DNA of 39,794 bases, taken from assembly GCA_043798385.1 (NCBI GenBank), contig JAZDOU010000426.1:1-39794 (forward strand), written 5' to 3'. Shown here piece by piece: positions 8,562-18,249 of the stretch (position 1 is its first letter; each line of letters opens with the position of its first letter). The notes under the pieces were generated by a model. It searched no databases. It saw nothing but the letters and a program-made list of their open reading frames with translations, and was not told the DNA's origin. The position numbers and the translations under genes are program-made. This DNA comes from Pseudomonadota bacterium. Its GTDB lineage: Bacteria; Desulfobacterota; RBG-13-43-22.

Positions 8562-10346
8562 ATGGAAAATAGGACAGAGGAAAAGGGCAACCAAGAACAC
8601 GAAACTACAGCCAAAGAGATGACCGTCTTAAGTGAGAAGTCTCAGGGGATTCAAGGGGAAGAGGAATTTAAAGAACTCTATGAGGAAAGCCTGAAGACGT
8701 TTCAGGAAGGGGAAGTGGTCAAGGGAAGGATCGTCAGTATTGACAAGGAATTTGTGATGATCGATATCGGCTATAAATCGGAAGGCCGTATTCCCATCCA
8801 GGAATTTTTGACTCCCGGGGGAGAGGTACAGGCCCTGGTCGGTGAATCGGTGGACGTCCTGATTGAAAAACGGGACGATGAAGAAGGGGATATCCTCCTT
8901 TCCAAAGAACGGGCCGCCAAGATCCTGGTTTGGGACGAAATAAGCCGAATTTATCGTGACGATGGGGTGATTGAGGGTAAGATTGTCGGGAAAGTCAAAG
9001 GTGGACTTACGGTTGATATCGGCCTGCCCGCTTTTCTTCCGGGGTCTCAGATAGACTTGCAGCCGGTTCGCGATATGGATAATTTATTAGAGGCCACTTT
9101 TCCGTTTAAGATACTAAAATACAACAAAAAAAGAAATAACGTGGTTCTCTCCCGCCGGGCTCTGCTGGAAAAGGAACGGGAAGAACAAAGGAATTCTATT
9201 TTAAACACTATCGAAAACGGCCAGATCCTGGAAGGAATGGTGAAGAATATTACCGATTACGGGATCTTTATCGATCTGGGCGGAATCGATGGGTTACTGC
9301 ATGTTACCGATATGGGTTGGGGCCGGGCCGGCCATCCCTCCGAGACCTGTAAAGTGGGAGAAATTATTAAGGTCAAGGTTTTAAATTTTGACCGGGACCG
9401 TCATCGGGTTTCATTAGGATTGAAGCAACTCTACCCTGATCCCTGGATTTCGGTGGTTGAGCGATACCCCCTCGGCCATAAAGTTAAGGGGAAGATCGTC
9501 AACTTGACTGATTACGGGGCCTTTGTAGAATTAGAAAATGGGGTGGAAGGGTTAATTCATGTTTCTGAGATGTCTTGGACCCAAAAGGTCAAACATCCTT
9601 CCAAGATTGTTTCAGTGGGGGAAGTCGTTGAGGCCCTGGTTTTGTCTGTGGACCCGGATAAGAAAAGAATATCCTTAGGTATGAAACAGGTTGAGCCCAA
9701 TCCCTGGGATGTGATTGCAGAAAAATATCCGGTTGGAACAATCATTGAAGGAAAAATAAAAAATATTACCGATTTCGGCCTTTTTATAGGTATTGACGAA
9801 GGGATTGACGGTCTGGTTCACATTTCGGATATTTCCTGGATCAAGCGGGTGAAACACCCTTCGGAGTTATACAAAAAGGGGCAGGAGATCCAGGCCAAGG
9901 TCCTGCATATCGATAAAGAACAGGAACGGTTTTCATTAGGGATCAAGCAACTGGCCACCGATCCCTGGGAGGAGATCCCTAAAAAATATCCCACCGGATC
10001 GGTCGTTAGTGGGGTTATCACCAATGTGACCGATTTTGGGATATTTGTCGAGATCGAAGAAGGGGTAGAAGGACTGGTCCATGTCTCGGAGGCCAGTAAG
10101 GAGAAGATTAAGACCCCCGTCGGGCTATTTAAGGTGGGGGAGTCGATCATGGCCAAGGTAATCAATATCGCCAAGAAAGAAAGGAAAATAGGTCTTTCCG
10201 TCCGGCGGGCGAAAAAAGAAGAAGAGCAGACCATGATCAAGGAATATATGAATAGTTCCAAAGAGGCCAGTTCCAATCTGGGCGATTTGCTCCGAGAGGA
10301 GATGGAAAATAAAATCAAATTTTCCCTGGATTCGGTTGAATCCTAA
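8562..10346 (+). CDS. rpsA: 30S ribosomal protein S1
   Basis: Repeated S1 domains ('DIGYKSEG', 'VKNITDYGIFIDLGGIDGLLHVTD', 'GVEGLIHVSEMSW'). Confidence 0.98.
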   Translation: MENRTEEKGNQEHETTAKEMTVLSEKSQGIQGEEEFKELYEESLKTFQEGEVVKGRIVSIDKEFVMIDIGYKSEGRIPIQEFLTPGGEVQALVGESVDVLIEKRDDEEGDILLSKERAAKILVWDEISRIYRDDGVIEGKIVGKVKGGLTVDIGLPAFLPGSQIDLQPVRDMDNLLEATFPFKILKYNKKRNNVVLSRRALLEKEREEQRNSILNTIENGQILEGMVKNITDYGIFIDLGGIDGLLHVTDMGWGRAGHPSETCKVGEIIKVKVLNFDRDRHRVSLGLKQLYPDPWISVVERYPLGHKVKGKIVNLTDYGAFVELENGVEGLIHVSEMSWTQKVKHPSKIVSVGEVVEALVLSVDPDKKRISLGMKQVEPNPWDVIAEKYPVGTIIEGKIKNITDFGLFIGIDEGIDGLVHISDISWIKRVKHPSELYKKGQEIQAKVLHIDKEQERFSLGIKQLATDPWEEIPKKYPTGSVVSGVITNVTDFGIFVEIEEGVEGLVHVSEASKEKIKTPVGLFKVGESIMAKVINIAKKERKIGLSVRRAKKEEEQTMIKEYMNSSKEASSNLGDLLREEMENKIKFSLDSVES

Positions 10347-10421
10347 TCACGACCCTTTACTTCACAGGGAAGAATTTCCAATCCAAAATTTTGGAAAGCC
10401 TCCCGAAAAAACTGCCAACCG

Positions 10422-10481
10422 GTTCGGAGTTTAGAGTTCGGAGTTGAGATTTTACTCCGAACTCCGAATTTGGAACTCTAA
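10422..10481. repeat. Inverted pair of heptamer arrays (GTTCGGA-like / ACTCCGA-like)
   Basis: gttcgga gtttaga gttcgga gttgaga ... actccga actccga atttgga actctaa. Confidence 0.8.
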
Positions 10482-10507
10482 CCTTTTTACAATCCTGGTC
10501 AAAACAT

Positions 10508-11413
10508 TTGTCTAATAGAAAACATCCCCTCCTGTTTGGACTTCTGATCTCCTTCCTGGTAATCTGCGCTTTGGTCCTTTCCCTGGGAGGGGTCAGCTAT
10601 TTTTTTACAGATGACTCCAGCCTCCATTTTGGGAATCGGATCGCGGTGGTTTCCATCAAAGGTGTTATTGCCGATTCCAGAGGAGTGGTCGAGCAGTTAA
10701 AAAAGTATCGTCAAGACGACCGGGTCAAGGCGATTGTCCTGCGGATTGATTCCCCTGGGGGGAGTACGGCCGGCTCTCAAGAAATCTATCGCGAGGTCCA
10801 GAAAACCGCTTCTCAAAAAAAGGTAGTCGCCTCAATGGGGAATGTGGCTGCTTCCGGAGGGTATTATGTAGCCCTGGCGGCCAATAAAATAGTCGCCAAT
10901 CCCGCCAGTCTGACCGGGAGTATCGGGGTGATCATCCAGTTTTCGAATTTTAAAGAGCTTCTCGATAAAATCGGGGTGAGCAGTGAGGCGGTTAAAAGCG
11001 GCCCTTATAAAGATATCGGCTCACCGGTTAGGGATATGAAACCGGAAGAGCGCCGTCTTTTAGAAGGGGTGATCAAGAACGTCCACCGGCAATTTATCGA
11101 AGTGGTTGTTAAAGGGCGAAGGCTGAGCCGGGAACAGGTGGAGAAGATAGCCGATGGCCGTATTTTTACCGGCGAACAGGCCAAGGCCCTTGGATTGGTA
11201 GATGAATTGGGCAGTTTCGAAGACGCCGTAGAATTGACTAAAAAATTGGTTGGGCTTTCAGGCGAAGTAAAATTGATCTACCCGGAGAAGAAACGGTTTT
11301 CTCTCTGGGATCTTATCTTCAGTAAAATGATAGGAGAGATTAAAGAGTCCCTGCAACCCAATGGGCCTACAGCCCAACTCCTCTTTATTTCCCCGATATT
11401 TTATAAGAATTGA
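10508..11413 (+). CDS. sppA: Signal peptide peptidase SppA (36K type, S49)
   Basis: 'LRIDSPGGS', 'SMGNVAASGGYYVA', 'TGSIGVI', 'ADGRIFTGEQAKALGLVDELG'; TTG start. Confidence 0.95.
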   Translation: MSNRKHPLLFGLLISFLVICALVLSLGGVSYFFTDDSSLHFGNRIAVVSIKGVIADSRGVVEQLKKYRQDDRVKAIVLRIDSPGGSTAGSQEIYREVQKTASQKKVVASMGNVAASGGYYVALAANKIVANPASLTGSIGVIIQFSNFKELLDKIGVSSEAVKSGPYKDIGSPVRDMKPEERRLLEGVIKNVHRQFIEVVVKGRRLSREQVEKIADGRIFTGEQAKALGLVDELGSFEDAVELTKKLVGLSGEVKLIYPEKKRFSLWDLIFSKMIGEIKESLQPNGPTAQLLFISPIFYKN

Positions 11414-12009
11414 TGGAACTCTCCCAGCCCTTCCCTGATCACCTCAATTTCATTATCAATCAGTGAGATAATTGTCGAGGGCTGATTAGCCAGTATCCCC
11501 CCGTCAACGGTCAGATCAATCTGCGATCCAAAGGTTTCCTCAATCAAAGAAGGATCGGAAAAGACTTCCCCGCCTGAAAAGCCGACACTGGTGCTGATGA
11601 TCGGATGTCCCAGTCCTTTCACAATGGCCAGACAAATATTGTTGTTCGGCACCCGAATGCCCACGGTCTTTCTTTTGGTCACCATGACCTTGGGTACCAG
11701 TTTGGTGCCCAGGAGGATAAAGGTATACGGTCCCGGCAGGCACCGTTTCATGTTCTTATAGGCCTGATTAGTGACCTGGGCATATAGACTGATATTCTTT
11801 AAGTCCGAACAGATAAAGCTGAAGGGTTTTTGGCGGTCTCTTTTTTTAATCTGATAGATCCGTTGGATGGCCTTCTTGTTGTACATATCACATCCGAAGC
11901 CATAGATGGTATCCGTCGGATAGGCAATGACCCCTCCTGCCCTTAATATATCCACGGCCTTATCGATCAGTCGTTTTTGCGGATTGGAAGGATTAATTCG
12001 GAAGATCAT
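11401..12009 (-). CDS. Sua5/YciO/YrdC family protein (threonylcarbamoyl-AMP synthase-like)
   Basis: 'GGVIAYPTDTIYGFGC', 'LPGPYTFIL', 'KRKTVGIRVP', 'PSTII'; YciO-like; converges on sppA with a 13-bp overlap. Confidence 0.92.
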   Translation of the reverse strand: MIFRINPSNPQKRLIDKAVDILRAGGVIAYPTDTIYGFGCDMYNKKAIQRIYQIKKRDRQKPFSFICSDLKNISLYAQVTNQAYKNMKRCLPGPYTFILLGTKLVPKVMVTKRKTVGIRVPNNNICLAIVKGLGHPIISTSVGFSGGEVFSDPSLIEETFGSQIDLTVDGGILANQPSTIISLIDNEIEVIREGLGEFHQFL

Positions 12010-12271
12010 AAGAGCTCCTTATAAGGTACAAGGTTTAAGTTTTGAGGAATAAGGTTTTCCATCTCTGTAAACCAGGTTACCACTTTTCTTCTCAGTAAAT
12101 TTAAAAGTGGCCTAAAAATCAGCTTCACCCTGGGGTCTTAGATCTGCAGCCTCCGAACCTTTTGCCAACAATTAAGTACAGACATTATATATTGAAGAAA
12201 AAAGCCTTGTCAAACGATCTCTTCCCTTTTATAGAGATAGGAGCGACTGTAAGGCTGAAAAGACTTTTCAG

Positions 12272-13054
12272 GTGGAGAACCTTATGCCTATGCCTGCCTG
12301 GATATTTTATATCCTCCTGCTGCTACTGGGATTAATTTTCGGCAGTTTTTTTAATGTCCTCATCTACCGGTTACCTCGGCAGGAATCCGTTGTCTGGCCT
12401 GGATCCCGATGTCCGCACTGCCGACATCCCCTGTCGGCTTCGGATAATCTGCCCTTGGTAAGCTTCTTGCTATTAAGAGGATCATGTCGCTATTGCCAGG
12501 CCCCAATTTCTTATCAATATCCTCTGGTCGAAGGGATGACTGCCCTGGCCACAGTTCTGATTGGCTGGATATTCGGTCTTTCCTGGGCCTTTTTTCAGGC
12601 CTGGCTATTTTTTGGCGCCCTCCTGGTCGTTTCGGTTATCGATCTATCCCATCAGATTATCCCCAATGTCATTACCTATCCCGGAATAGTGATTGGTTTC
12701 GTGCTTTCCTGGCTGACCGGGGCACCCGGCTGGTATTCCTCCTTGATCGGCCTGCTGCTTGGGGGAGGTGTGCTATGGCTTGTGGCGCAGGGGTACGAAC
12801 TTTTGGCCCGGAAAGAAGGGATGGGAGGAGGGGACATCAAGTTGTTAGCCATGATCGGCGCCTTTCTGGGTTGGCCGGGGGTTTTGGTCACCCTTCTTTC
12901 GGGTTCTTTTATAGGGACCCTGGTGGGTCTGGGACTGATCCTGATTTGGAAGAAGGATCGCACCTACGCTATCCCTTTCGGCCCCTTCCTTTCCCTGGGG
13001 GCGGTAATTTATCTTTTCTTCGGACCAGCCCTTCTGAATTGGTATCTTGGGTAA
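12272..13054 (+). CDS. pilD: Prepilin peptidase / N-methyltransferase
   Basis: 'GSFFNVLIYRLP', two CxxC pairs, 'GMGGGDIKLLAMIGAFLG', 'IPFGPFL'. Confidence 0.96.
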   Translation: MENLMPMPAWIFYILLLLLGLIFGSFFNVLIYRLPRQESVVWPGSRCPHCRHPLSASDNLPLVSFLLLRGSCRYCQAPISYQYPLVEGMTALATVLIGWIFGLSWAFFQAWLFFGALLVVSVIDLSHQIIPNVITYPGIVIGFVLSWLTGAPGWYSSLIGLLLGGGVLWLVAQGYELLARKEGMGGGDIKLLAMIGAFLGWPGVLVTLLSGSFIGTLVGLGLILIWKKDRTYAIPFGPFLSLGAVIYLFFGPALLNWYLG

Positions 13055-13274
13055 AGCGCTTTTTTTCTGCTTCTCTTAGTCTCCCTTTTATAAAAACCTC
13101 TTTCAGAACACCCAGTGCAGAGAACAAATTGTCCGGTTTTATCTTGGAAAACCGACGGCTGACGATTTTTTCTCCCTCGAGGTTGCAAAACTGCCGGAGC
13201 CTGCAAATACAGGGTGTTCGGGGCGAAGCCGTAACCATAACCTGCCAGCCCCGGAAAACAAAGGATAGGACCTG

Positions 13275-13751
13275 ATGGCAGCAAGAAAAAGTCAATCAGG
13301 CTTTTCTTTATTGGAAACGATTCTGGTCTTATCCATTTTAAGCCTCATTTTTACCATCGAAGGGGTTAACTTTTTGAAGTTACTGCCCAGGTATCGCCTG
13401 GACGGAGCTGTTCAAAGTTTAATCTCCGATTTCCAATCGGCCCGCATGAAGGCCATCGGACAAAATTGTTTTTTCCGGGTTCAGATCGTACCCGAAAAGA
13501 ACCTCTATTTTTTAGAACGGGAATCTTTGGTCGGCTCTTCTCGCTGGCCTGGAGTTCAAGAAGGAATCCTGCGGAAGTTCAGCTCCCCCGACAATCCGTA
13601 TTACTATCCCGGGGTTGATTTGGAAAGCAGCACTAATAATCCTGTTTTTTCACCCCGGGGCACGGTGGTGGGGACCACGATTGTTTTAAAAAATTCCTCC
13701 GGTCAAAAAAAAATCACCCTTTCCTCCCAAGGCAGGGTGAAAGTGCAGTGA
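13275..13751 (+). CDS. Minor pilin, FimT/FimU (GspH-like) family
   Basis: Class III signal G|FSLLE, 'LISDFQSARMKAI', C-terminal 'FSPRG...SSQGRVK'. Confidence 0.82.
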   Translation: MAARKSQSGFSLLETILVLSILSLIFTIEGVNFLKLLPRYRLDGAVQSLISDFQSARMKAIGQNCFFRVQIVPEKNLYFLERESLVGSSRWPGVQEGILRKFSSPDNPYYYPGVDLESSTNNPVFSPRGTVVGTTIVLKNSSGQKKITLSSQGRVKVQ

Positions 13752-13758
13752 GGTTAAC

Positions 13759-14640
13759 ATGAAAAAAGAAAAAAATTCCAGAGGATTTACATTGATCGAA
13801 TTGCTGGTCTCCCTGGCTCTGTTGGGAGTGGCCTTAGGATCGCTTTACCAGATTTTTCTATCGCAGGCTGAGGCCTACAAGACACAGGCCCTGGTCGTCC
13901 AGAGGCAACAAGGACTGCGGGCGGCTTTGGAGTTAATCGCTCGGGATTCCAGGGGCGCCGGCTATCCGGGTCTGGATCAATCCTTTTTGAAGCGTCTAAT
14001 CGATTGGATCCCCAATTCCTTTATCCCCGAAGTTCCCCAGCCAGTCATTCCCAACGGTGTTCTTACCGTGTCCCGGGGAGGGATTAACCCGGATACCCTG
14101 TTCCTGGCGACCGTCCTTTCGGGCGAGACGAATCCAACCAGTCTGTCTCAAGGGGCCCTGGCCGGAGACATCTCCATTAAACTGGCCTTAAACGGTTCAG
14201 AAACCAATGATCAGTTTAATGTTTCCGACCTGATTTATATTGGAAAACCTCCTGAATTAGCGAAAGTCAAACAGATTTCGGGGAATGTTCTGATTCTCGA
14301 TACCGATCCCTTTTTGCCCGGCAACCAGGGGCTTAAGAGGGCCTATCCGGGTGGAACCGAAATAGGTGAGATTAGTTTCGTCAGTTATGCGGTCTTTACC
14401 GACCGCAACGATTCAGCAGGGAAATACCATGACCTGGGGGTGTCTGTTCTGAAAAGAAAAATCAATGCCGGCGGTTTTGAACCCCTGGCCGATGGAATAA
14501 CCGACTTAAAAATAACCCTGATTAAACCGGAATTGTTCCGCCTTCAGCTTTCCGTTTTGACTGGTCGTCCCCGGGTCGGACCCCAGGCAGGTCAGGAAAA
14601 ACTGTTGACAATGAGCACCCGGATCATGAAACGAAACTGA
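13759..14640 (+). CDS. Minor pilin, PilW-like
   Basis: Class III signal RG|FTLIELLVSL, 'LRAALELIARDSRGAGY', 'EPLADGITDL'. Confidence 0.82.
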   Translation: MKKEKNSRGFTLIELLVSLALLGVALGSLYQIFLSQAEAYKTQALVVQRQQGLRAALELIARDSRGAGYPGLDQSFLKRLIDWIPNSFIPEVPQPVIPNGVLTVSRGGINPDTLFLATVLSGETNPTSLSQGALAGDISIKLALNGSETNDQFNVSDLIYIGKPPELAKVKQISGNVLILDTDPFLPGNQGLKRAYPGGTEIGEISFVSYAVFTDRNDSAGKYHDLGVSVLKRKINAGGFEPLADGITDLKITLIKPELFRLQLSVLTGRPRVGPQAGQEKLLTMSTRIMKRN

Positions 14641-14664
14641 GCGGGTGGTGGAGTAATTAAAAAT

Positions 14665-15786
14665 ATGAGACGGTTCATAAAACAACAAAATGGTGCCGCT
14701 TTAGTGGGGGTCATGATGGCCTTATTGGTTTTGACTCTTTTGGGGACTACCGCCTTTCTGACTTCCAACACCGAACTTAAAATCAGTTCCAATTATAATC
14801 AAAGCCTTCAGGCCCTCTATGCGGCCGAGGCCGGCCTGCAAGCCCTCTTGTCGGCCTATCGGCAAAATCCCGAATATTTTTTACAGAAAAACACAGCTCT
14901 TGAAATGAACTTTCCCGTTGATGAACCGGACCATTCGAACCGGTCAGGGACCCAATTTTGGATCAAAGCGTTGCGATACGATTCACAGGAAATCCCGGCC
15001 TATGCAGAGGTGATTATCTATGGCAAAGACAACGGTCGATATTCACTGGCTCGATTGCGAGCCACCATATTGTGCACCCAATCAGGGGAGACATCGGATG
15101 TGCCCCAAATTTTTAAAGTAGGTATCGTCACCGCCGGCCGACTCAACCTCAACGGCCCACTTTCGATCGTTGGGGACCTCCATGCCAACCAGGGATTTTC
15201 TATAGAACCTTCTTCCGTCCTTGAACAACTCAAGTCTCAACACTCTTCCCTGACCCAATCTCTGGACCCCTTGCGCCCGGACTATCTCCCTCCCATGGAA
15301 GTTCCGATGATCTCCGAAAATGGGTTCCAGAATTATCGAACCATTGCCCAACAGAAAGGCAACCAAACCCTTTTCGGCCGGCAGAACCTCTTTCTGTCCG
15401 GTGATCAGAAGGGCCATTTGATCTTTGTGGACGGCAATGTGACCCTTCAAGGGAGCAACTTATCCGGAGTCACTCTGGTGGCCACGGGATCAATTACCCT
15501 TAATGGGGTCACTGTTCTTAATAGGGAAGGCAACCTGGATTCGGCCTTTATTGCCGGTAGGGATATTATGGTCAATGAATTTTCGCAACTTGCCGGGGTA
15601 TTCTGGGCCAATGGTTCTATAAAAAAGCTGGGTTCCGGCAAGCTGTCAGGGGCCCTGGTTTGCCAGGGGAATATCTCTCAAATGGAAGGATTTCAATTTG
15701 AGAGGGCCTCTCAGATTTCCAATGCCTTTCTGTCTCCTACGGCGACACCCTATTCTTTTACCTTGGGCGGCTGGTCTCAGATTTAA
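14665..15786 (+). CDS. Minor pilin, PilX-like
   Basis: 'QNG|AALVGVMM' lacks Glu5, as is typical of PilX; 'QALYAAEAGL'; Gly/Asn-rich beta-solenoid-like C-terminus. Confidence 0.8.
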   Translation: MRRFIKQQNGAALVGVMMALLVLTLLGTTAFLTSNTELKISSNYNQSLQALYAAEAGLQALLSAYRQNPEYFLQKNTALEMNFPVDEPDHSNRSGTQFWIKALRYDSQEIPAYAEVIIYGKDNGRYSLARLRATILCTQSGETSDVPQIFKVGIVTAGRLNLNGPLSIVGDLHANQGFSIEPSSVLEQLKSQHSSLTQSLDPLRPDYLPPMEVPMISENGFQNYRTIAQQKGNQTLFGRQNLFLSGDQKGHLIFVDGNVTLQGSNLSGVTLVATGSITLNGVTVLNREGNLDSAFIAGRDIMVNEFSQLAGVFWANGSIKKLGSGKLSGALVCQGNISQMEGFQFERASQISNAFLSPTATPYSFTLGGWSQI

Positions 15787-15788
15787 TC

Positions 15789-15873
15789 TTGGCGGCTTCG
15801 TAAAAACTAAATCTTCCGGCCCAAGCCCCGAAACGCCCATTGTATAAACGCTGACTTTTTTCGGGTCCATCAA
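15789..15873. repeat. Short MITE/REP-like element with imperfect IS-like ends
   Basis: TTGGCGGCTTCGTAAAAA ... GACTTTTTTCGGGTCCATCAA; related half-sites at 5419-5437 and 37648-37668. Confidence 0.6.
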
Positions 15874-15897
15874 TCTTAAAAGAAATGATAAAAATCC

Positions 15898-15927
15898 TTG
15901 ACAGGGCAGAATTGGGTATGATAATTT
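15898..15927 (+). promoter_or_regulatory. Putative sigma70 promoter for csp
   Basis: Perfect TTGACA followed 16-18 nt later by GATAAT or TG-n-TAATTT. Confidence 0.5.
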
Positions 15928-15974
15928 TCACTTCAAAGACATCTGGTTTCCCACATGAATCACCTAAAAAAAAT

Positions 15975-16012
15975 AAAGGCAAAAAAGGCAGCGCACTTTT
16001 TTGCCTTTTTTT
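15975..16012 (+). terminator. Terminator-like hairpin in the csp leader
   Basis: AAAGGCAAAAAAG-gcagcgca-CTTTTTTGCCTTT followed by TTTT. Confidence 0.55.
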
Positions 16013-16073
16013 ATTCTGCCTTACAGCGGGTCTTGGATCCGTATAGCTTTATTTATTTTAAGGAGGGGCATGA

Positions 16074-16283
16074 ATGAAGAGTAAAGGGAAAGTGAAATGG
16101 TTTAATGATGCCAAAGGATTTGGGTTTATTGAACAGGACGGGGGATCAGATGTTTTTGTTCATTATTCAGCTATCCAAATGGACGGGTTTAAAACCCTGA
16201 AACAGGGCCAGGATGTGGAATTCGAGATTACTGAAGGGGCCAAAGGCCCCCAGGCCGCTAATGTCATGAAGCCAATCGATTAA
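16074..16283 (+). CDS. Cold-shock protein (CspA family)
   Basis: '[15 protein letters not shown]', 'DVFVHYSAI', 'KGPQAANV'; RBS AAGGAGG. Confidence 0.97.
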   Translation: MKSKGKVKWFNDAKGFGFIEQDGGSDVFVHYSAIQMDGFKTLKQGQDVEFEITEGAKGPQAANVMKPID

Positions 16284-16303
16284 TCAGACCATTGAAAACA
16301 ACT

Positions 16304-16345
16304 AAAGGCCCTCCAGTGATTTGCTGAAAAAGGAGGGCCTTTTTT
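16304..16345 (+). terminator. Intrinsic terminator after csp
   Basis: AAAGGCCCTCC...GGAGGGCCTTTTTT. Confidence 0.75.
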
Positions 16346-16359
16346 ATGACCAGCGTTTG

Positions 16360-16449
16360 GTTCAAAGCTGGAAGCTTTAAGCTCAAAGTTTCTAGTTTGG
16401 GCTTTTTTTCAGATTTTAAACCCGTAACCCGCAACTCGAAACCCGTAAC
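16360..16449. repeat. Two heptamer arrays (GCTNNAA-like; AACCCGN-like)
   Basis: gttcaaa gctggaa gctttaa gctcaaa ...; aacccgt aacccgc aactcga aacccgt. Confidence 0.7.
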
Positions 16450-16511
16450 AGAATAAATTTGAAATCTCTCTGGTTGGTCTTCAACACTACCAAGTAAGAC
16501 CGAAAGCGTCG

Positions 16512-18227
16512 ATGATTGATCAACTTCAAATTGGTAATGTGGCCCTTATCGATCGGGCCAGCCTTTCTTTTTCACGGGGATTAAATATCTTTTCCGGAGA
16601 AACCGGGGCTGGGAAATCAATACTTATCAAGGCTGTAAATCTTCTTTTAGGAGAAAAACCGACTCCTGACACTATTCGTCAAGGAGCTGAGGAGGCCTGG
16701 GTAGAGGCCCTGTTTTCTCTTCCTTCCCATCACCCGGTAACCGGATTACTGGAATCCCTTGGCCTGTCGGCCGAGGAACAAATCCTGATTAAACGGACGG
16801 TCCAGCCCAGCGGAAAAAGCCGCGCCTGGATCAATGGAAGTTTGGTCAGCCAGTCAGTATTGAGCCGGGTAACCCGCTCCTTAATGGGTATCTCCAACCA
16901 GCATGAACATCAATCGTTGTTGAACCCGATCCAACATCTTTATCTCCTGGACCGCTTCGGCGGTTTGATTCCCTTGCGGCAGGAAGTTCAGAGTCAATTT
17001 GCGGCCCTGCAAGGCCTGATTAATGCCTGGCAAGCGCTCAGGGAGAAAGAAGAGCAACGAAAGAGCCAGAAAGACTTGTGGCTTTTTCAGACCCAGGAGA
17101 TCGACCAGGCCAATCTCCATTCCGGAGAAGATGTGGCCTGTCAACAGCGGAAACGGGTTCTCCTGCAGGCAGAAAAGATCTGGGAGAAGATTCATCAGGC
17201 CCAGCAGGGTTTATCTGAGGAGGAACATTCCTGTCTGAACACCCTGTCTCGAGCCAAGGACCTGATCCGATCGGTGACCGCTATAGATCCCGATCTTCAG
17301 CCGTTGTTTCAGGATTTGGAAAGCTTACAAATGCAGTTGTCCGAGATCACCACCGGTTTACGGGATTACCTCTCCCGCCTGGTTTTTGATCCCCAAATTC
17401 TGGAACAGGTTGAGGAACGGCTGGAGCGGATTCAGAGACTGACCGCCAAATACGGCCCCACCGTTGAGGACGTTCTGGGTTACCGTTCTCAGCTTGAAAA
17501 AAATTTACAGGCCGGGGAAGATCAAGTCGTTGAGCTCAAAGAGTTGGAAAAAGAGATCCAGGCAGGACGGAGACATCTTTTTGAAACCTCCCTTGATTTG
17601 TCCAGTCAGAGAAAAAAGGTGGCTTTGGATTTGAACTCTCAGGTTGAGGCCGAGTTGCAGGGATTGGGAATGGGCGGGTGTCAATTCCAGGTGATCTTTT
17701 CCCCCCTGACTTCCGAGCAGGAGGCCGATGAAACAACCCTTCATGAAGGAACCGTATTGAGTCAGGACGGCCTGGAAAAAGGGGAGTTTTATATCGCTCC
17801 CAATTTGGGTGAAGGTCTACGGCCCTTGGCCCGAATTGCCTCCGGGGGAGAACTCTCCAGGATTTTATTGGTCCTCAAGGGGTTACTGTCCCGTCAGGAT
17901 TCCCTGGAGACCTTGATTTTTGATGAAGTGGATTCGGGCATTGGAGGAAGTCTGGGCCAGGCCGTGGGACAGAAGCTGCGTCGATTGTCCCAAGCCCATC
18001 AAGTCGTTTGTATTACCCATCTTCCCCAGATCGCCGCCTTTGCCGAGACCCATTTTCAGGTAGTTAAAGAGACCCGGAAACAGCGGACCCAGACTAAAAT
18101 CCTCCGGCTTCAACAGGAAGAACAGGTTAAAGAAATGGCCCGGATGCTGGGGGGATCTTCGACTTCTTCAAAGACCTTGTCGGTAGCCCGGGAGATGTTG
18201 AATCAGGCCAGGAAACATCAGGAATGA
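16512..18227 (+). CDS. recN: DNA repair protein RecN
   Basis: Walker A 'SGETGAGKSIL', 'IASGGELSR', 'LIFDEVDSGIGG', 'VVCITHLPQIAA'. Confidence 0.97.
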   Translation: MIDQLQIGNVALIDRASLSFSRGLNIFSGETGAGKSILIKAVNLLLGEKPTPDTIRQGAEEAWVEALFSLPSHHPVTGLLESLGLSAEEQILIKRTVQPSGKSRAWINGSLVSQSVLSRVTRSLMGISNQHEHQSLLNPIQHLYLLDRFGGLIPLRQEVQSQFAALQGLINAWQALREKEEQRKSQKDLWLFQTQEIDQANLHSGEDVACQQRKRVLLQAEKIWEKIHQAQQGLSEEEHSCLNTLSRAKDLIRSVTAIDPDLQPLFQDLESLQMQLSEITTGLRDYLSRLVFDPQILEQVEERLERIQRLTAKYGPTVEDVLGYRSQLEKNLQAGEDQVVELKELEKEIQAGRRHLFETSLDLSSQRKKVALDLNSQVEAELQGLGMGGCQFQVIFSPLTSEQEADETTLHEGTVLSQDGLEKGEFYIAPNLGEGLRPLARIASGGELSRILLVLKGLLSRQDSLETLIFDEVDSGIGGSLGQAVGQKLRRLSQAHQVVCITHLPQIAAFAETHFQVVKETRKQRTQTKILRLQQEEQVKEMARMLGGSSTSSKTLSVAREMLNQARKHQE

Positions 18228-18249
18228 TGAATCCATCGAGGGCGTCAAG

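Noticed and set aside
13055-13274. Possible riboswitch between pilD and the fimU-like gene
   Set aside because: Only weak hairpins; no match to a motif I can name
7264-16449. CRISPR array
   Set aside because: The repeats are 7-nt tandem units without spacers; no cas genes in the window
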